This document shows positions 1 through 14,457 of a DNA stretch of 64,000 nt, one piece after another (the first letter of the stretch is position 1; every line of letters begins with the position of its first letter). This DNA comes from Octopus bimaculoides (lineage: Eukaryota). The notes below the pieces were generated by a model. The model did not search any database, was not told where the DNA came from, and was given only the letters and a program-made list of their open reading frames with translations. The translations under genes were made by a program, and so were the position numbers. The stretch spans positions 4,046,953-4,110,952 of the forward strand of contig NC_068990.1 in NCBI RefSeq assembly GCF_001194135.2, in the 5' to 3' direction.

Positions 1-126
1 GCTTGATCCAAGACTGTAGCTCTATCAATGAAATAAGCTACAGAAAATCCTATCTGACAAACAGTGACCATACCAGCTCACTGTTAAGGAAATGCATGAG
101 ATATCACAGCCTTAGTGCATGTCTGC

Positions 127-535
127 ACATCCATTATGCTAGAAGAAAACCACCTATGGTCTGACCATTAAGAAGAGATTCTTCTCAAGAAAATTCAGCA
201 AACGCCAGAACGTAAGCAAGCAAGACAAATGAAAAGATGGTGGGTGGAGCATCGTTTCCCATTCAAACAGTTCCAGCCTTTGGAATGTCATCTTCGCTGT
301 GTGCCCAAGCATTATCCTGATGAAAGGACACCTTTCATCTTGAAACCAAAGATGGTCATTTTCCGATAGTCATTTTCCGATGCTGGTGCCACATAAAAGC
401 GCTCATGCCCGTGTCACATAGAAGCACTTCATTTGTCTTGCTCGCTTACGTTCTGGCGTTTGGTGAATTTTCTTGAGAACAATCTCTTCTTAGTGGTCAG
501 ACCATAGGTGGTCTTCTTCTAGAAATAATGGATGT
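127..535. repeat. Foldback element with ~107-bp inverted arms (127-233 / 428-535)
   Basis: The arms are reverse complements with about 8 mismatches. The loop contains a degenerate CTGATGA..GAAA motif and a SINE fragment. Confidence 0.8.
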
Positions 536-941
536 CCACTTAGTGGTCATCCCTCTTATATGTATGTGTGTGTATATATATATATGTATGTGTGTGTATA
601 TATATGTAGTGGTTAGATGTGTATCAACGATCAACAGGCACATAAACATGTTTTCTTTATCCTGTCAAAAAGTGATTGATCATCTCCCTTTGACCTATGA
701 CCTCAGCCATGTCAGACAAAGTTCAAATGGACAGGAGCTGACCTATTTAGGTACAAACTCTGCTGTAGTATGTCTGTCCTTCTAGCTTCCACAATTATTA
801 TAAATATGGTGGTCAACAGACAGACGAAGAGGAAGAGAAGGGCCTAGCAGCCGAACAAGCAAGGTCTACGACACGATAGCTTTTCGCATAGACCCAGAGC
901 AATGTTTGAAGTTCCACGGTAGACTACTGTCTCAGATAAAC

Positions 942-979
<38 letters not shown>

Positions 980-1772
980 TATTCATTTCTGACATATCAT
1001 TTCCACAAATGTACCCTGTTTCTATTTCTAGCAACTCGTAGCAGTTGTCAACATTTTGCATGTAGTGAAGAATTATGTGTACCAACAACAAATTAAGTCC
1101 AGTGAATAAATTACTTTTAATTATGAATCGATTCACTCATTTGTTTACTTCAAAGGCATATACATTCCTTTTACATCTGTTTNNNNNNNNNNNNNNNNNN
1201 NNNNNNNNNNNNNNNNNNNNNNNNNNNNNNNNNNNNNNNNNNNNNNNNNNNNNNNNNNNNNNNNNNNNNNNNNNNNNNNNNNNNNNNNNNNNNNNNNNNN
1301 NNNNNNNNNNNNNNNNNNNNNNNNNNNNNNNNNNNNNNNNNNNNNNNNNNNNNNNNNNNNNNNNNNNNNNNNNNNNNNNNNNNNNNNNNNNNNNNNNNNN
1401 NNNNNNNNNNNNNNNNNNNNNNNNNNNNNNNNNNNNNNNNNNNNNNNNNNNNNNNNNNNNNNNNNNNNNNNNNNNNNNNNNNNNNNNNNNNNNNNNNNNN
1501 TAATAAACAGATATGTATGTATTATATATATGTATAGAAACACAAACACATACACATAAACAGATATGTATGTATTATATATATGTATATGTATACACAT
1601 ACACACATATATAAATAGATATGTATTATATTTATATGTGTGTGTGTGTGTGTGTGTGTGTGGGTATACTTTAATAAATTCATTAATTTATGCATAATCA
1701 GTACTATATTTACAAGATTTTAAATGGAAGTTGTTTACTCATAGATAATGGTTATGATATATTGCTACTCAC

Positions 1773-1934
1773 AGTGTTTTCTGACCATTAATAATCTTCA
1801 GATTCCTTAACATATGGAGACTTGTTATAGTCGGCACTGTATCCGAAATGTATAGGTAGTGGGTGATTTCTTCGATAGACATTAGTATATCCAATTTGCT
1901 GGGACTCATTGGAGGTACATTGTAGTATCTATCC
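1773..1934 (-). CDS. EGFR: EGFR-like coding exon 9 (L2)
   Basis: Acceptor cactttcAG, donor CT|GTGAGT, 162 nt, phase 2-2. Encodes DRYYNVPPMSPSKLDILMSIEEITHYLYISDTVPTITSLHMLRNLKIINGQKT. Confidence 0.95.
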
Positions 1935-4900
1935 CTGAAAGTGAAATAAACATAAGTAAAATATAATACACAGCAATTTGAATGTAACTGCAAAGGAGGT
2001 TAAGTTAAACACCTACAGAATACAGAACCTCTGGCTTCCAGAAATTCAGGTTTACCAAAAAAAGCAGCTATTTTGTATGGGCAATTCTCTCACAGCTACA
2101 AGTTAAAATGTGTGAATTTATTATAATTTTTACTTATAACCATGTTTAGAAGATTAGTAGAACTGCCTTCAGATGAAGATTAGTGGATTTTGTCAACATC
2201 TTTCAAGAGTATCCTGCCAAAATATTGTAATGTTGTGGAGATAATGCAATATAGTGTACCAGGTACAGAGAAAACAGACCACTTATAAAGTTGGTTAATT
2301 TGCATATAATGGAACCTGTAGGAGAGGGAGACCCAGGAAGACATGGGATGAAGTACTGAAGGATGATCTCAGGATGCTGAACCTCTCAAATGAGATGACA
2401 TAGGACTAAGATACTTGGTGCTTTGTTGTACTCAAGAAGACTCATGTTTCACAGCAGAAGTGTTAAGGCCACTTCCTCTGATGAAGAGGATTGGCCTGCA
2501 AGAGTTGTGCGCCAGTGCCATATAAAAAGCATTCATGCTGGTGCCACATAAAATCACTCATGCCCGTGTCACATAGAAGCACTTGTGCCAGTGCCACATT
2601 AAATGCAGCCAGCATAAACTGTAAAGTGGTTGGAATTAGAAAGGACATCCAGCCATAAGAACCAAGCCAAATCAGACTGGAACCTGGTGCAGTTCCTCTG
2701 CTACCAGCTCTGGTCAAACCATTCAACCCATGGTAGCATGGACAACAAACGTTAAAGGATAACGATGATGATGGTGATGATATGTTAAAAATAGTTTAGT
2801 TCTTCACTGTTTTAAGATTAAACATACTCTGCTTTAGAAGTACATTAATGTACCTATAACTGTTAAATAAAATCCTGTTCTTCACTTTTCTTCATTTGAT
2901 TTTCATCCTATAAACATTATATTGTACACATGGTACGGTATGATATATTTTAAGAATTTTAAGTGGATTCATAAATACTAACCAGACTTTGGCTATAGAA
3001 GTGTATAATTTGAATCTGTTAAATACAATTTATTTCTTTACTTTCCATAGTTTATTTTTATATTTCAACTGTTTCCAGAAACAAAAAGAAATTCAGAAAT
3101 CCAAGCCACTTCTAGCCCCAAGCTTACTGGATATTTTATCTTGTACTATATTTACATTTCTCCTTATATATCATGTATATAGAGTTTTCACTGTTCAAGA
3201 TCAAAGAATGCCTCTGCAAATGTATGCACTGGCTTGAGTAAGACATTTTCACGAAGACTAACAGTCACCCATGCATGTTAATCTCCTCTCTCCAAGCCGC
3301 AGTTGCTTATACAAGGGAAAAGTTAACATCACAGGCTGATATTCTATGACACCAGTGTCATTACAGGTATTGCTGTCAGAAAGCAAAGAGCTGGAACAGA
3401 TACTATGAGGCAGGGCCTCCAACCCACCAGGCTACAGACCAATACCAGCCCATGGGTCACACAGAAACAATAAATTCATCATCATCATCATCTATTTAAC
3501 ATCCATATTCCAAGCTGGCATAGGTTGGATGGTTTCACAGGAACTGGTAAGTCAGAAGATTGTGCCAAGCTCTACTGTCTGCTTTGGCATGGTTTCTATG
3601 GCTGGATGCCCTTCCTAAAACCAACTTCTTTACAGGGTGTATTGGATGCTTTCCACATGGCACCAGCGACAATGAAATCACCAAATAACTTGCAGGACAA
3701 GACCCCTCAACTGGTGCAGGAGTAGTATTGAGGGACAGAAAAAGGGGTCTTGCATTAGTTATTAAATCTTATCTCTATTCTATTGACTATTGCAGTCAGC
3801 AGGGTGATCATCCAGTTCGTAGAAAAACTGTCTAGCATAAAACCAGTCCATGGTGCAAAAAAGTAGTTTAAGGACAGCTTCTGTAAGGTATCTTATCTGT
3901 CCAGCTAAGACTTCTGTCAATCTCCCACTCTGGATTGGTATTTTTACCTTCGCCAAAAGGTTAAAAGGCAAAATTGACCTCAGCAGGATTTGATCTCAGA
4001 GAGCAGGAAATTAGAACAAATAATGTGTGGCAACATATAAACGTGCCCATTCAGTGCCACATAAAAGCACCTGTGCAGTGCCACATAAAGGAACCCAGCA
4101 CACTCTGTAAGGTGGTTGGCATTAGGAAGGGCATCCAGCTGTAGAAACCAAGCCAAATCAGACTGGAACTTGGTACAGCACCCCCACCCTACCAGCTTGC
4201 CAGCTCTGGTCATACCATCAAACCCATGCCAGCATAGACAACAGACATTAAATGATGTCTTTGAAAGGATGAAAAGCAAAATTGATCTCAGTGGAATTTG
4301 AACTCAAAACGTAAAAACGGACAAAATGCCGCTAAGCATTTAAACATTATAGCTGTAGTAAGTAACTGAACAGCTAAAGAGAAGAAAAAAAGAAAGAAAA
4401 CATAAGTTGGAATTTTTTGAGAACTTTTCTGAACAATCATTATTTATTTTGTTGTTGTTTACAATAAATGCACAATTTTTTTTAAACTGCAGCTGTTAAA
4501 ACAAACTCAATATATCAACTCAGATGGGTGTGGCATTTGACACCATGTAAATAACAAATGATATTAACCATACACAAATTTTGTTGACAATAAACTTGAC
4601 AAGGAAAAAATATAATTCTCAACATGTATATATAAAAATATAATTCTCAACATGTATATATAAAAATATAATTCTCAATGTGCTAAATAATGTTATTATA
4701 CATATCTTGTACCATTTTTTTGTTTTTAATATTATTTTGTCCTTAAAAATTCCTAAGAACTTTTATTATGAGTGAAATTCAAAACAAATAATTTTTTTTA
4801 TATGTGGATGGCTATCTTTTTCTTTGTTTTTTTTTTCATTGCTGGTGCTGTTTGTTTTTATTTCGAACCACTTGAGTTTTAAGTGGAAGATGCAAAGCTA

Positions 4901-7900
4901 TGTTCTATATGCAGACTTCAGCTGCACTCAGAGAAAAAAACTAGTGGAAATGCAAAAAAATGTCATTATTCAGTACAAGGCCTGTGAACTCATTTCTTCG
5001 AACTTCAGCCTGGGTTAAAGGCACGCAGCACACTGTGAAGTGGTTGGTTAATAATATGGTTAAATGTACCCAATACACACAGACGATGTAGTGCTGAGAG
5101 GATTCTTTAGTCTTGCCAAAGGCAAGTACAGTCTGTAAACAGGTTGGTGTTAGGAGGGCCACTTAGCCATAGAAAACCAAAATGATGAAGTGAATACTAA
5201 TATAACAAATTCCTCATAAGTATATATATCCTTCTAATATGGAAGGATGTATGCATGTGAGGAATTTGTATATATCCTTATATACAAATATGAGGATATA
5301 TATTTGTGTATAACTACTTTTTCTTAGACTATGTGTGTGTGTGTCTATATGATGTTCCTTCACTCATCGCCTGCCACCAAGCCTAGTATGTGCACTCATC
5401 CTGCACCATTTATATTAATTCTTTATATATCTTCTTTATTCTCTCCCCTCTCTCTATATATGTGTGATATAAAGCATTACTAGAAAAATCAACCAACCAA
5501 CCAACCAACCAACATTTGTATCAGCTATTATTATATAGGGACAGTTTTGATAGTGAACCATTTCATAAGTCCAGATGATACACTAATCAGTGTCTGGCTA
5601 ATGTATCTCACCCAGATCTGTGACACAGGCAAGCTCTTTGTAGAGCTTCACACAATCAAAATAAAATATACACTTTTCATAATTGTGTATTGGGTCTACA
5701 TTTGAACTATGGTCTTCCCATATCTATACTGGGTATATCCCATATGTATCCATGGGTGAATGTGTGTGTGTGTGTGTGTGTGTACAAAAGAAAAGGTGTT
5801 GTAAAGTGTGTTCTTCCCACTGGTGTGATGTGTGATTGCTGTTGTACTATAGTTGCTGCTTTACGCTAGTAACCACAATAGTTACTAGTCATCGGATACC
5901 ATTGTATCTCTTTGTACTGGAATAGTAATACACTAACTTCACAGGACACTGACTAGAACTGTCGACTCTCAGCCGTTCAACTCTCAACCCTCTCTTGACT
6001 ACCAGCTACTAATCTATTTATAATGGCTGACTCCTACCACTTTTTACCAGGAGGGATATACAGTTTCACTATATATCAAAAAGGATAAATAAACAAAGCT
6101 TCTAACAATGTAGAAAGTTTTACATAAAACCTTTATATTTCAGATGCAGAGGCCTATCTTCAGAAGGAAGCAATCCAAGAAATTTGTAGTTACATCGATC
6201 TTGTTATTTTATTTTAAACTGCTCCACATTTGGGTTAGCAGCAACTCTCCAACTGTTAGTTGTATTCATTGTGATGTAAGGCATTTAGTATACTATTCTA
6301 CCATTTTCTCATTCCACTGTTCATTTGGTGAAAATTATGTGAATTTGTCTCTAGCTGTTCATTTCTTTCTCATACCACAACCTTTCTTCAACTCTTTTCT
6401 TTTATAATCAAGAACTAGTTTACTTAGCAACAAAACAATTATATTCAAATTCCTCTTATGAATGGCAAGTAGAGATTTTACTACACTTACCCTTTAAATG
6501 TAGCCTCAACTATAGCAATGTGACCCCTCACGACTACACAGTCTTTCAGTATATCAATGTTTCCTGCATGAACGAAATCCTCTTCAAATACACATTCTGT
6601 GAAAATATATAACATAAAGACTGATTGAAAATTATCAAAGATTGAGAAAGGCTGAATGACAAAATATAATGGTAAATAGCATGACAGGAAACACAAAGTG
6701 TGGCTGAAAAGTGTGAAAGAATGAGGAACATCAAATAACAAAATATATATGAATGAGTATATATCTGCTTGCCTGTTTGTATGTGTGTACATGTATAATA
6801 TATATATATGTGAGGCTTGGACAGAAAACACTTTCCAATGTACTCTGCTGTGGATATCATGTATGGAAAGAGTGTGTGGTAAGAGGTCTGCTTCCCAACC
6901 ACATGGTTCCAGGTTCAATGCACTGCATGACACCTTGAGCAAGTGTCTTCTTTTATAGCCTCAGGTCAACCAAGCATTGAGAATGGATTTGGTAGATAGG
7001 AACTGAAAGAAGCCTGTGTGTGTGTGTGTGTGTGTGTGAGTCCGTGTGTGTAAATAAATAAATAAATATATATAATATATATATTTNNNNNNNNNNNNNN
7101 NNNNNNNNNNNNNNNNNNNNNNNNNNNNNNNNNNNNNNNNNNNNNNNNNNNNNNNNNNNNNNNNNNNNNNNNNNNNNNNNNNNNNNNNNNNNNNNNNNNN
7201 NNNNNNNNNNNNNNNNNNNNNNNNNNNNNNNNNNNNNNNNNNNNNNNNNNNNNNNNNNNNNNNNNNNNNNNNNNNNNNNNNNNNNNNNNNNNNNNNNNNN
7301 NNNNNNNNNNNNNNNNNNNNNNNNNNNNNNNNNNNNNNNNNNNNNNNNNNNNNNNNNNNNNNNNNNNNNNNNNNNNNNNNNNNNNNNNNNNNNNNNNNNN
7401 NNNNNNNNNNNNNNNNNNNNNNNNNNTTTCGTGCGGGTGACACGTAAAAGCACCCACTACACTCTCTGAGTGCTTGGCGTTAGGAAGGGCATCCAGCTGT
7501 AGAAACTCTGCCAAATCAGACTGGAGCCTGGTGTTGCCATCCGGTTTCACCAGTCCTCAGTCAAATCGTCCAACCCATGCTAGCATGGAAAGCAGACGTT
7601 AAACGATGATGATGATGATGATGATGATGATATATATACATGCACACACATATAGGTCATATCTGCCTGTATCAGTTGGCAGAATCATTAGCATACTGGA
7701 CAAAATGCTTAACAGCATTTTGTTCATTTTTGGTGATTTGTTGTGGTGTCACCCACAACCAACTGGACCCAGAAGTGGAGCAAGATTATAACTCGCAAGA
7801 TATAAACAATTTAAAACAAATTCAGGAAGAAAAGAGAATTGCAAGAAAGGAGTAAATATTCGGTTACCTTTTGGACACTTTTTGCATGGCTCACAGACAT

Positions 7901-10900
7901 TTGTGGAATATTGGTCAGTTTTGACGGATGATGTTCCTTCAGGGCATGATAAGACACATGTATCACCATATCGAGAAGTGTAAGCTGTAAAATAACAACA
8001 GCTGATTATTTATATTTGGCACATAAAAAGCACCCAGCAAATTTTGTTAAATGGTTGGCGATAGGAGGGGCATCCAGCTGTAGAAACCACGCCACAACAG
8101 ACAGCTAGAGTCTGGACAGCTCCCTGCAAGCCAGCTCCATGTCAAACTGTCCAACCTATGCCACCATGGAAAACAGATGTTAAACAATGTTGATGATGAG
8201 TAGAAATGAAATCACAGCAGGATATAAGACCTTAATTTGAAATCACATAGTTTTAACTTGTTACTTATTGGTTAAAAGATGTTCTTGTATTTATCTTTTC
8301 ATGAGCCTGTTTGACAAACTCATTGAGAAAGTTAAATTCATAAGCAATCTATTCAATTCACAGAAACCAAAATGAACACTGGGGTGAGGCAACAAACTCG
8401 ATTTTATGCCTGTTCTCACTTGAAGTCATGAATGTTGGATAACGACTAAAAGGGTACAATCATGAATACGAGTAACCCAAATGGGGTTTCTTTGAAGGAT
8501 CTCTAGGGTAACATTACTCAACAAGGTGTGTAGCTTGAAGATCAGGTAGTCTCTCCAGGTTGAGCCACTATTTCTCCACAAAAAGAGGTCACAGCTCTGG
8601 TACTATGGTCATGTGATTAGAATGTCACAGGAAAGAATGGCAAGACAAATTCCTCAAGCTATGCCAACTGGCAGAAGCCCTAGAGGTAGACCAAGAATGA
8701 GATGGTTGGATAATATCCATAATCTCAATTGGTCATGCTTGGGAGTCCAGCCAGAAAGTCTAATGATGATTGTTTCTGAGAGGATCCTATGGCGGAGGTA
8801 CCTGAGGGCCCTCTACTGCAATGATTCACACAGGAGTAGTGGACAGAAGAGATGGATGGATGAATGGATGGTGAAGTGATAATAAAGTCATGACATGGCT
8901 GTGTGGTTATGAAGTTTACTTTACAACTTCATTGTTTCAGGTTCAATCCCACTATGTACAACATGCACCATTGCCTCTACATTGACCAAAGTTTTGCAAG
9001 TGAAATTTAGTCAATGTAAACCTGTCTTGAGAAGTAAAACTTAAATTGCCACCAGGTTTAAGACCATCACTTGGCCCTTTAGTGGACCTTATGGAGGTGC
9101 AAGTAGTCAAGCTAGGTCTCCAGGTTGAGGATAAACTCTCCCTTCCTTTCATCAGTCTTAGGAGCTCTGTAAAGAGCTGTGTACAATGCCCCCTGTCCTC
9201 TGACTATGCAATGAAGAAAAAGAAAACAATAATTTGATTCTGAATGTCAACCATTCATTCATTCAGCAGGACACAAAGTAACTCCAACTGGAGGAACCCT
9301 TCTCTTGACAGTGCTTACCACCATCTGTTTCATGCTGAAATTTATTTCAATGATCTGCTTTACTCACCAAGCTAGGCCTATTGGTTGGTGAAAATGATTT
9401 TCAGGCATTTAGGTGGAATTTAACTCAGAACATAGAGAGGTGGAATAAAATACCACAAGGCATCAAAGCTGAGATTCTTACAGTTTTACCAATCCACCAC
9501 CCTGCTACCCTGAATTGATTTATTGACTCCAAAAGTATGAAAGGCAAAGTTTAGATCAGCAGGATTTAATCACAGAACACAAAGAACCAGAACAAATAAC
9601 ACAAGATTTTCTATCCAATATTCTTATGACCCAGATATTTCAACATATGATTAAACAAGGTCTTTGCATTATTAAAAACGTTTTCAAATGCTAAACGCTA
9701 TTGTTATAGTAAAACCACTTAGATTTCTGTTTATCAGCAAATTTTCAATGGAATATTATTTTCCAAGGACATAATGCAATACTCCTCATAGAAATAAAAT
9801 CCACAGTTTGTGACTTCATACAATTAACCACTCAAAATTTTGTTCTTTAATTTTGTTGCAAAGAATGTTGAAAAATATTTGTTTTGAAATTTGACATTTA
9901 AATAAATTTCAGAGTTGTACTTCTCTAGCAAGTGATTTGATCTGATATTGAGGGTTGAAAGTGAAGCAACTACACTGTGCAAGAGCCATTTGACCCTTTA
10001 GCCTTTAACCTGGCCATATCCAGCCAAGATATTTCATCTGTTTTACATTCAAACTGACCAAAGCTGGCCACTCACACCAACCCTACAATATAATCCTAAA
10101 AATTAATGGTTACCTCATCGAAATTCCAAAACTACAAGATAAATGTAAGATTAATTCAAAACAATGTGAATAAATAAAAATTACTTTTGACAGGATAAGG
10201 CAAATGCTAAAGGGTTAGTAACATACAAAGTTGTTAAGTTCAAAGTTACAGTTATACAGATGTGTAATGAAAATTTTAACAACTTATGAAATAAATTTAA
10301 AGTGAATAAAGAGTTTTGTGTGTTCTTAATTGGCTCTTCCATGATGTTATTACCATTTAAACAATATGAAAAATGTTTTTGTCATTACCTGGACATTCTC
10401 TAAGACAGATATCCTGAAAGGTTAACTTATTCTGGTCACCTGAGTGGATTCTCATTCTTTTGCGGTTGTTCCGAATAGATGGACAGCTCTCTACACATGC
10501 ACCATCATCATTCATATGTCTACAGGCCTGAAAAAATATAATAATAATTCTTTGAAACTCAGGAACAAAAGAACACATTCTGTGAATAGAGTCATAATTC
10601 AGTTACAGTGATCCTTGTTGGTACTTTATTTTATTGATGTTGGAAAGGATGAAATACAAAAGCGGCCTCAGTGAAATTTGAACTCAAAACATAAGGCATT
10701 TAACTATTTACTGCAAGACATTTTGTCTTCTGTTTTCAATAGTACAAGAATAAAACTTAATATTAAACTTCCGTTGTTCAGCATCAAAGCTTGGATGGTG
10801 ATGGCTCTATATTTTTTAATTTGCAAGAAAATGCAGCCAAACACCTTCAAGTCACACATTCAATCATCTTAAAAAAGACACGCTAATAATATAGTCATAT

Positions 10901-12091
10901 ATATATACATATCTGAAAACAGAATGATCACAGTTTGAAGCTCTTTGACCAGGAGTCTGTCTGATCAGGGCTAATCAACATTTGTCTCCACACATCTTTG
11001 TATTGACACCATTTGGGCTGTGGTGATGTTACTTTATGTCCTGCATACACAGTGCATTCCTCAATTCAGCTGTTCAATGAGCAAAGTGCAATGGAATAAA
11101 GAACCTTATTTGAAAACAAAAACTGGCATGAGGAAGGTATCAAACTATGAAATATCATCTCAAAAAGTCTTACAGAAAGATGATCAACAAAAATTATACA
11201 AATAGAACCTGCCCTGTATCACAGAGCAAATCACAGAAAAGACTAGAAAGAATAAAAAGGACTTATTTATCACCATGGCTTCATAGGGGAAACAAGTTGT
11301 AGCATAGCAGAAAGAATAGAGAAACCCAGAAAGATTATAAAGAAAAGAATACAACATTGTTACTTAACCAACATGGAAATGAAAAACATGATAGCTTGAT
11401 AAACAACATTAAAGTGAAAATTCTATCAATGCACCTGTTTGACTTTACATTAAGGCAAATTGAGGAAGCAATATACGTATTAGTTAAATAATGAACTTCA
11501 GAAAAAGAATGAGTGAAGTAACAACAACCCAGTCTGATATGGTTTCTTTGAAAAAAAAACGGTCAATAATCAGTGAAATGGATTCACCATTTCTCTGCAC
11601 ATCAAAAGTATAGAATGTATATGTTCACACTTTTTTTATTTCCTCTTACAGCTAAGGCTTTCAAATAACTGGATTTATTTCAGTTCTATTGATTCTTGAT
11701 GTGCTATACATAAAATATATATAGTTTATTAACAGTGGGCCATCAGAAGCACAAGATATTCAAAAGAAGTACCCATTACTTTAGGCTTATAAACATGCAA
11801 GGGTTTTTTCCAAGTGTAGAAAACAGATTGTTAAAACAAGTTACTGAATCATATTTCATACATACATATGGCTCAGCATTAGAATGTATACATACACATA
11901 GATATAAATCTGCATATGCACGAGTTTGTATATATGCATGTTTAAATACAAACACACACACACATGTATATGTGTGTGTTTGTGTGTGTATGATATAGAC
12001 ATGTGCTTAAACATGCATACATACAAATTCATGCAGATGCAGATCTTTATTTCTGTATGTATACATTCAAATGCAAAGCTGCATACATACA

Positions 12092-12127
<36 letters not shown>

Positions 12128-12204
12128 TATATGGATATATGCATATGTGAATGTATTTTTCTATGTACCATTATGTATACAAACACACATATACTTTCTC
12201 ATAT

Positions 12205-12238
<34 letters not shown>

Positions 12239-12736
12239 ATACCAAAAACCCTTCAAGGCAGTGCACCAGCATAGCTGCAGTCAAATGACTGTTACAAGTA
12301 AATGAAAGAATGAATGGATCAATGGATGGATGGATGGATGGATGGGTCCAATATAGGTAGAATCAACAAGAAAAGCACTCCATCCAGTTAAAAATAAATA
12401 TCAATTTAATACATATACCGAATGAGTGACGAACAATTTCATGCTTTTATGATACTTCAGATAGACATATCTATAAAATACACCCTATATCTCCAAGCAA
12501 TCTTTTAGGCTCTGTTTATGCATTGCATATATTCTAAAAGCTAAGACGTTGGACTGTGAGAAAATAAGACATAATAAGACAGAGAAGAACAAGGTTGATG
12601 CAAAAAATGGAATGAGAAGAAAGAAACAAAAACAAGAAAACTAAGATCCTCCATGATTGCAGAAACCACAGTTAATACAGCTGGCATAGAACAAAATAAT
12701 AGAAAATATGGTAAAGTCTGTGAGACAGTAACTTTG

Positions 12737-12767
<31 letters not shown>

Positions 12768-13202
12768 TATAATATTTCTAAATCTCTCAGAGAGATTTAA
12801 GCAGTAGTGGAGCGACAAAGTTGTAGTATATTGTCAACTTAATGTGACAATCCTAATAAGGGAACACACTACTGCCGTTTAGCCCTAGGAAGCTGATATA
12901 TATATATCAATGTATCACTGTATCATCCAGACCTTCAGGTGTTATACACTGCTGGTCTGCTGGTTACAACATATTTCCTTGAATTGTCGTAGCTTTCGAA
13001 TGAGGCCACCTCCACTGTCTTGGCAGTCAGGTCAACATTACCCCTGAATATAATGCCAGCCATCAGAAGGTTACCCATTTACAGTTAAATGGACTGGAAC
13101 AATGTGAAATGAAGCATTTTGCTCAAGAACACAATGTACTGCTACTCTAGGAATTAAAACCACGAACTTGTAATCATGAGTGCAACACCTTAACCACGAG
13201 GC

Positions 13203-13242
<40 letters not shown>

Positions 13243-13575
13243 AGTAAATGTAGGGATAAGCAGGTTAGACAAATATATAAAATACATTAAATACAAAAAA
13301 ATGTATACATGTTTACATACAAAAAGTTCCAACTTACACAGAATACAAATGATATAGAGAATTAAAGGGGTTGAAGAAAAGTATTACAAATCCAACAGTT
13401 GTTTCTGGGGTTTAGCAGTCCAAAATAATGTTTGTAGATTGATTCCATCATAAGATAAGATAAGCCTCTGTCTTCAAGGAAGAGATCCACTATAAGTTGT
13501 TGTGGACTCATAGTTGATTAGCTGACCAACACCTTACAGTTTCATCAGTTTCATGAGAGCTTCAAATATATGTAT

Positions 13576-13610
<35 letters not shown>

Positions 13611-14037
13611 CACACGAGGGAGTGCAGAAAAGATCCTGGCTTTGGGTAAAAGAAAATACAGGAGAACCAGTTAATTATGATTCTATTCAACATATTCCCT
13701 TCTTAGCTTCACACACTTATTGCAGTGGTCCTTCAGTTTTTATAAGCTCTGCAAAAGAACCAGGAAGGTTGAGCCTCCAGCCAGGCCTATCACAATTCCC
13801 TTAAAGCTAAGAACTTTTCAGCACCCCCTCATACATATATTCTTTTATTTGTTTCAGTCATTTGACTGTGGCCATGCTGGAGCACTGCCTTTAGTCAAAC
13901 AAATCGACCCAAGGACTTATTCTTTGTAAGCCTAGTACTTATTCTATCGGTCTCCTTTTGCCGAACCACTAAGTTATGGGGACATAAGCACACCAGCATT
14001 GGTTGTCAAATGATGGTGGGGGTGGGGGGACAAAGAT

Positions 14038-14074
<37 letters not shown>

Positions 14075-14418
14075 AATAAGGATAAGATTGATATTTAAAA
14101 TATTGATTTTATCAAGTGGCCAGCATGGGAATAAAAACCATCAAAGGTAACAATTATTTAAAATTATAATATAGGGTATCTAAGAGATACTGCTACGCTG
14201 AAAAATAGCAGTCAAATCTTGACTCTAAACCACAATAAATGTTCATATAGCACAAAGAGCGAAGACGAAGATAAAATAAACTAGCAAATTAGTAATTTTT
14301 GCTAGTTTATTTTGTTTCTTCGTCTGCGCTCTTGGTGCTATATGAACAGTTATTGTGGTTTAGAGTCAAGATTTGACTGTTATTTTCAGCGTGGCGGTAT
14401 CTCTTAGATACCCTATAT

Positions 14419-14457
<39 letters not shown>

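Noticed and set aside
2983-3015. Possible 33-nt in-frame cassette micro-exon (AG...GTTAGT, phase 2-2) between exons 8 and 9
   Set aside because: The acceptor lacks a polypyrimidine tract, exons 8 and 9 already join correctly (FKG-DRYY), and the insert has no homology support.
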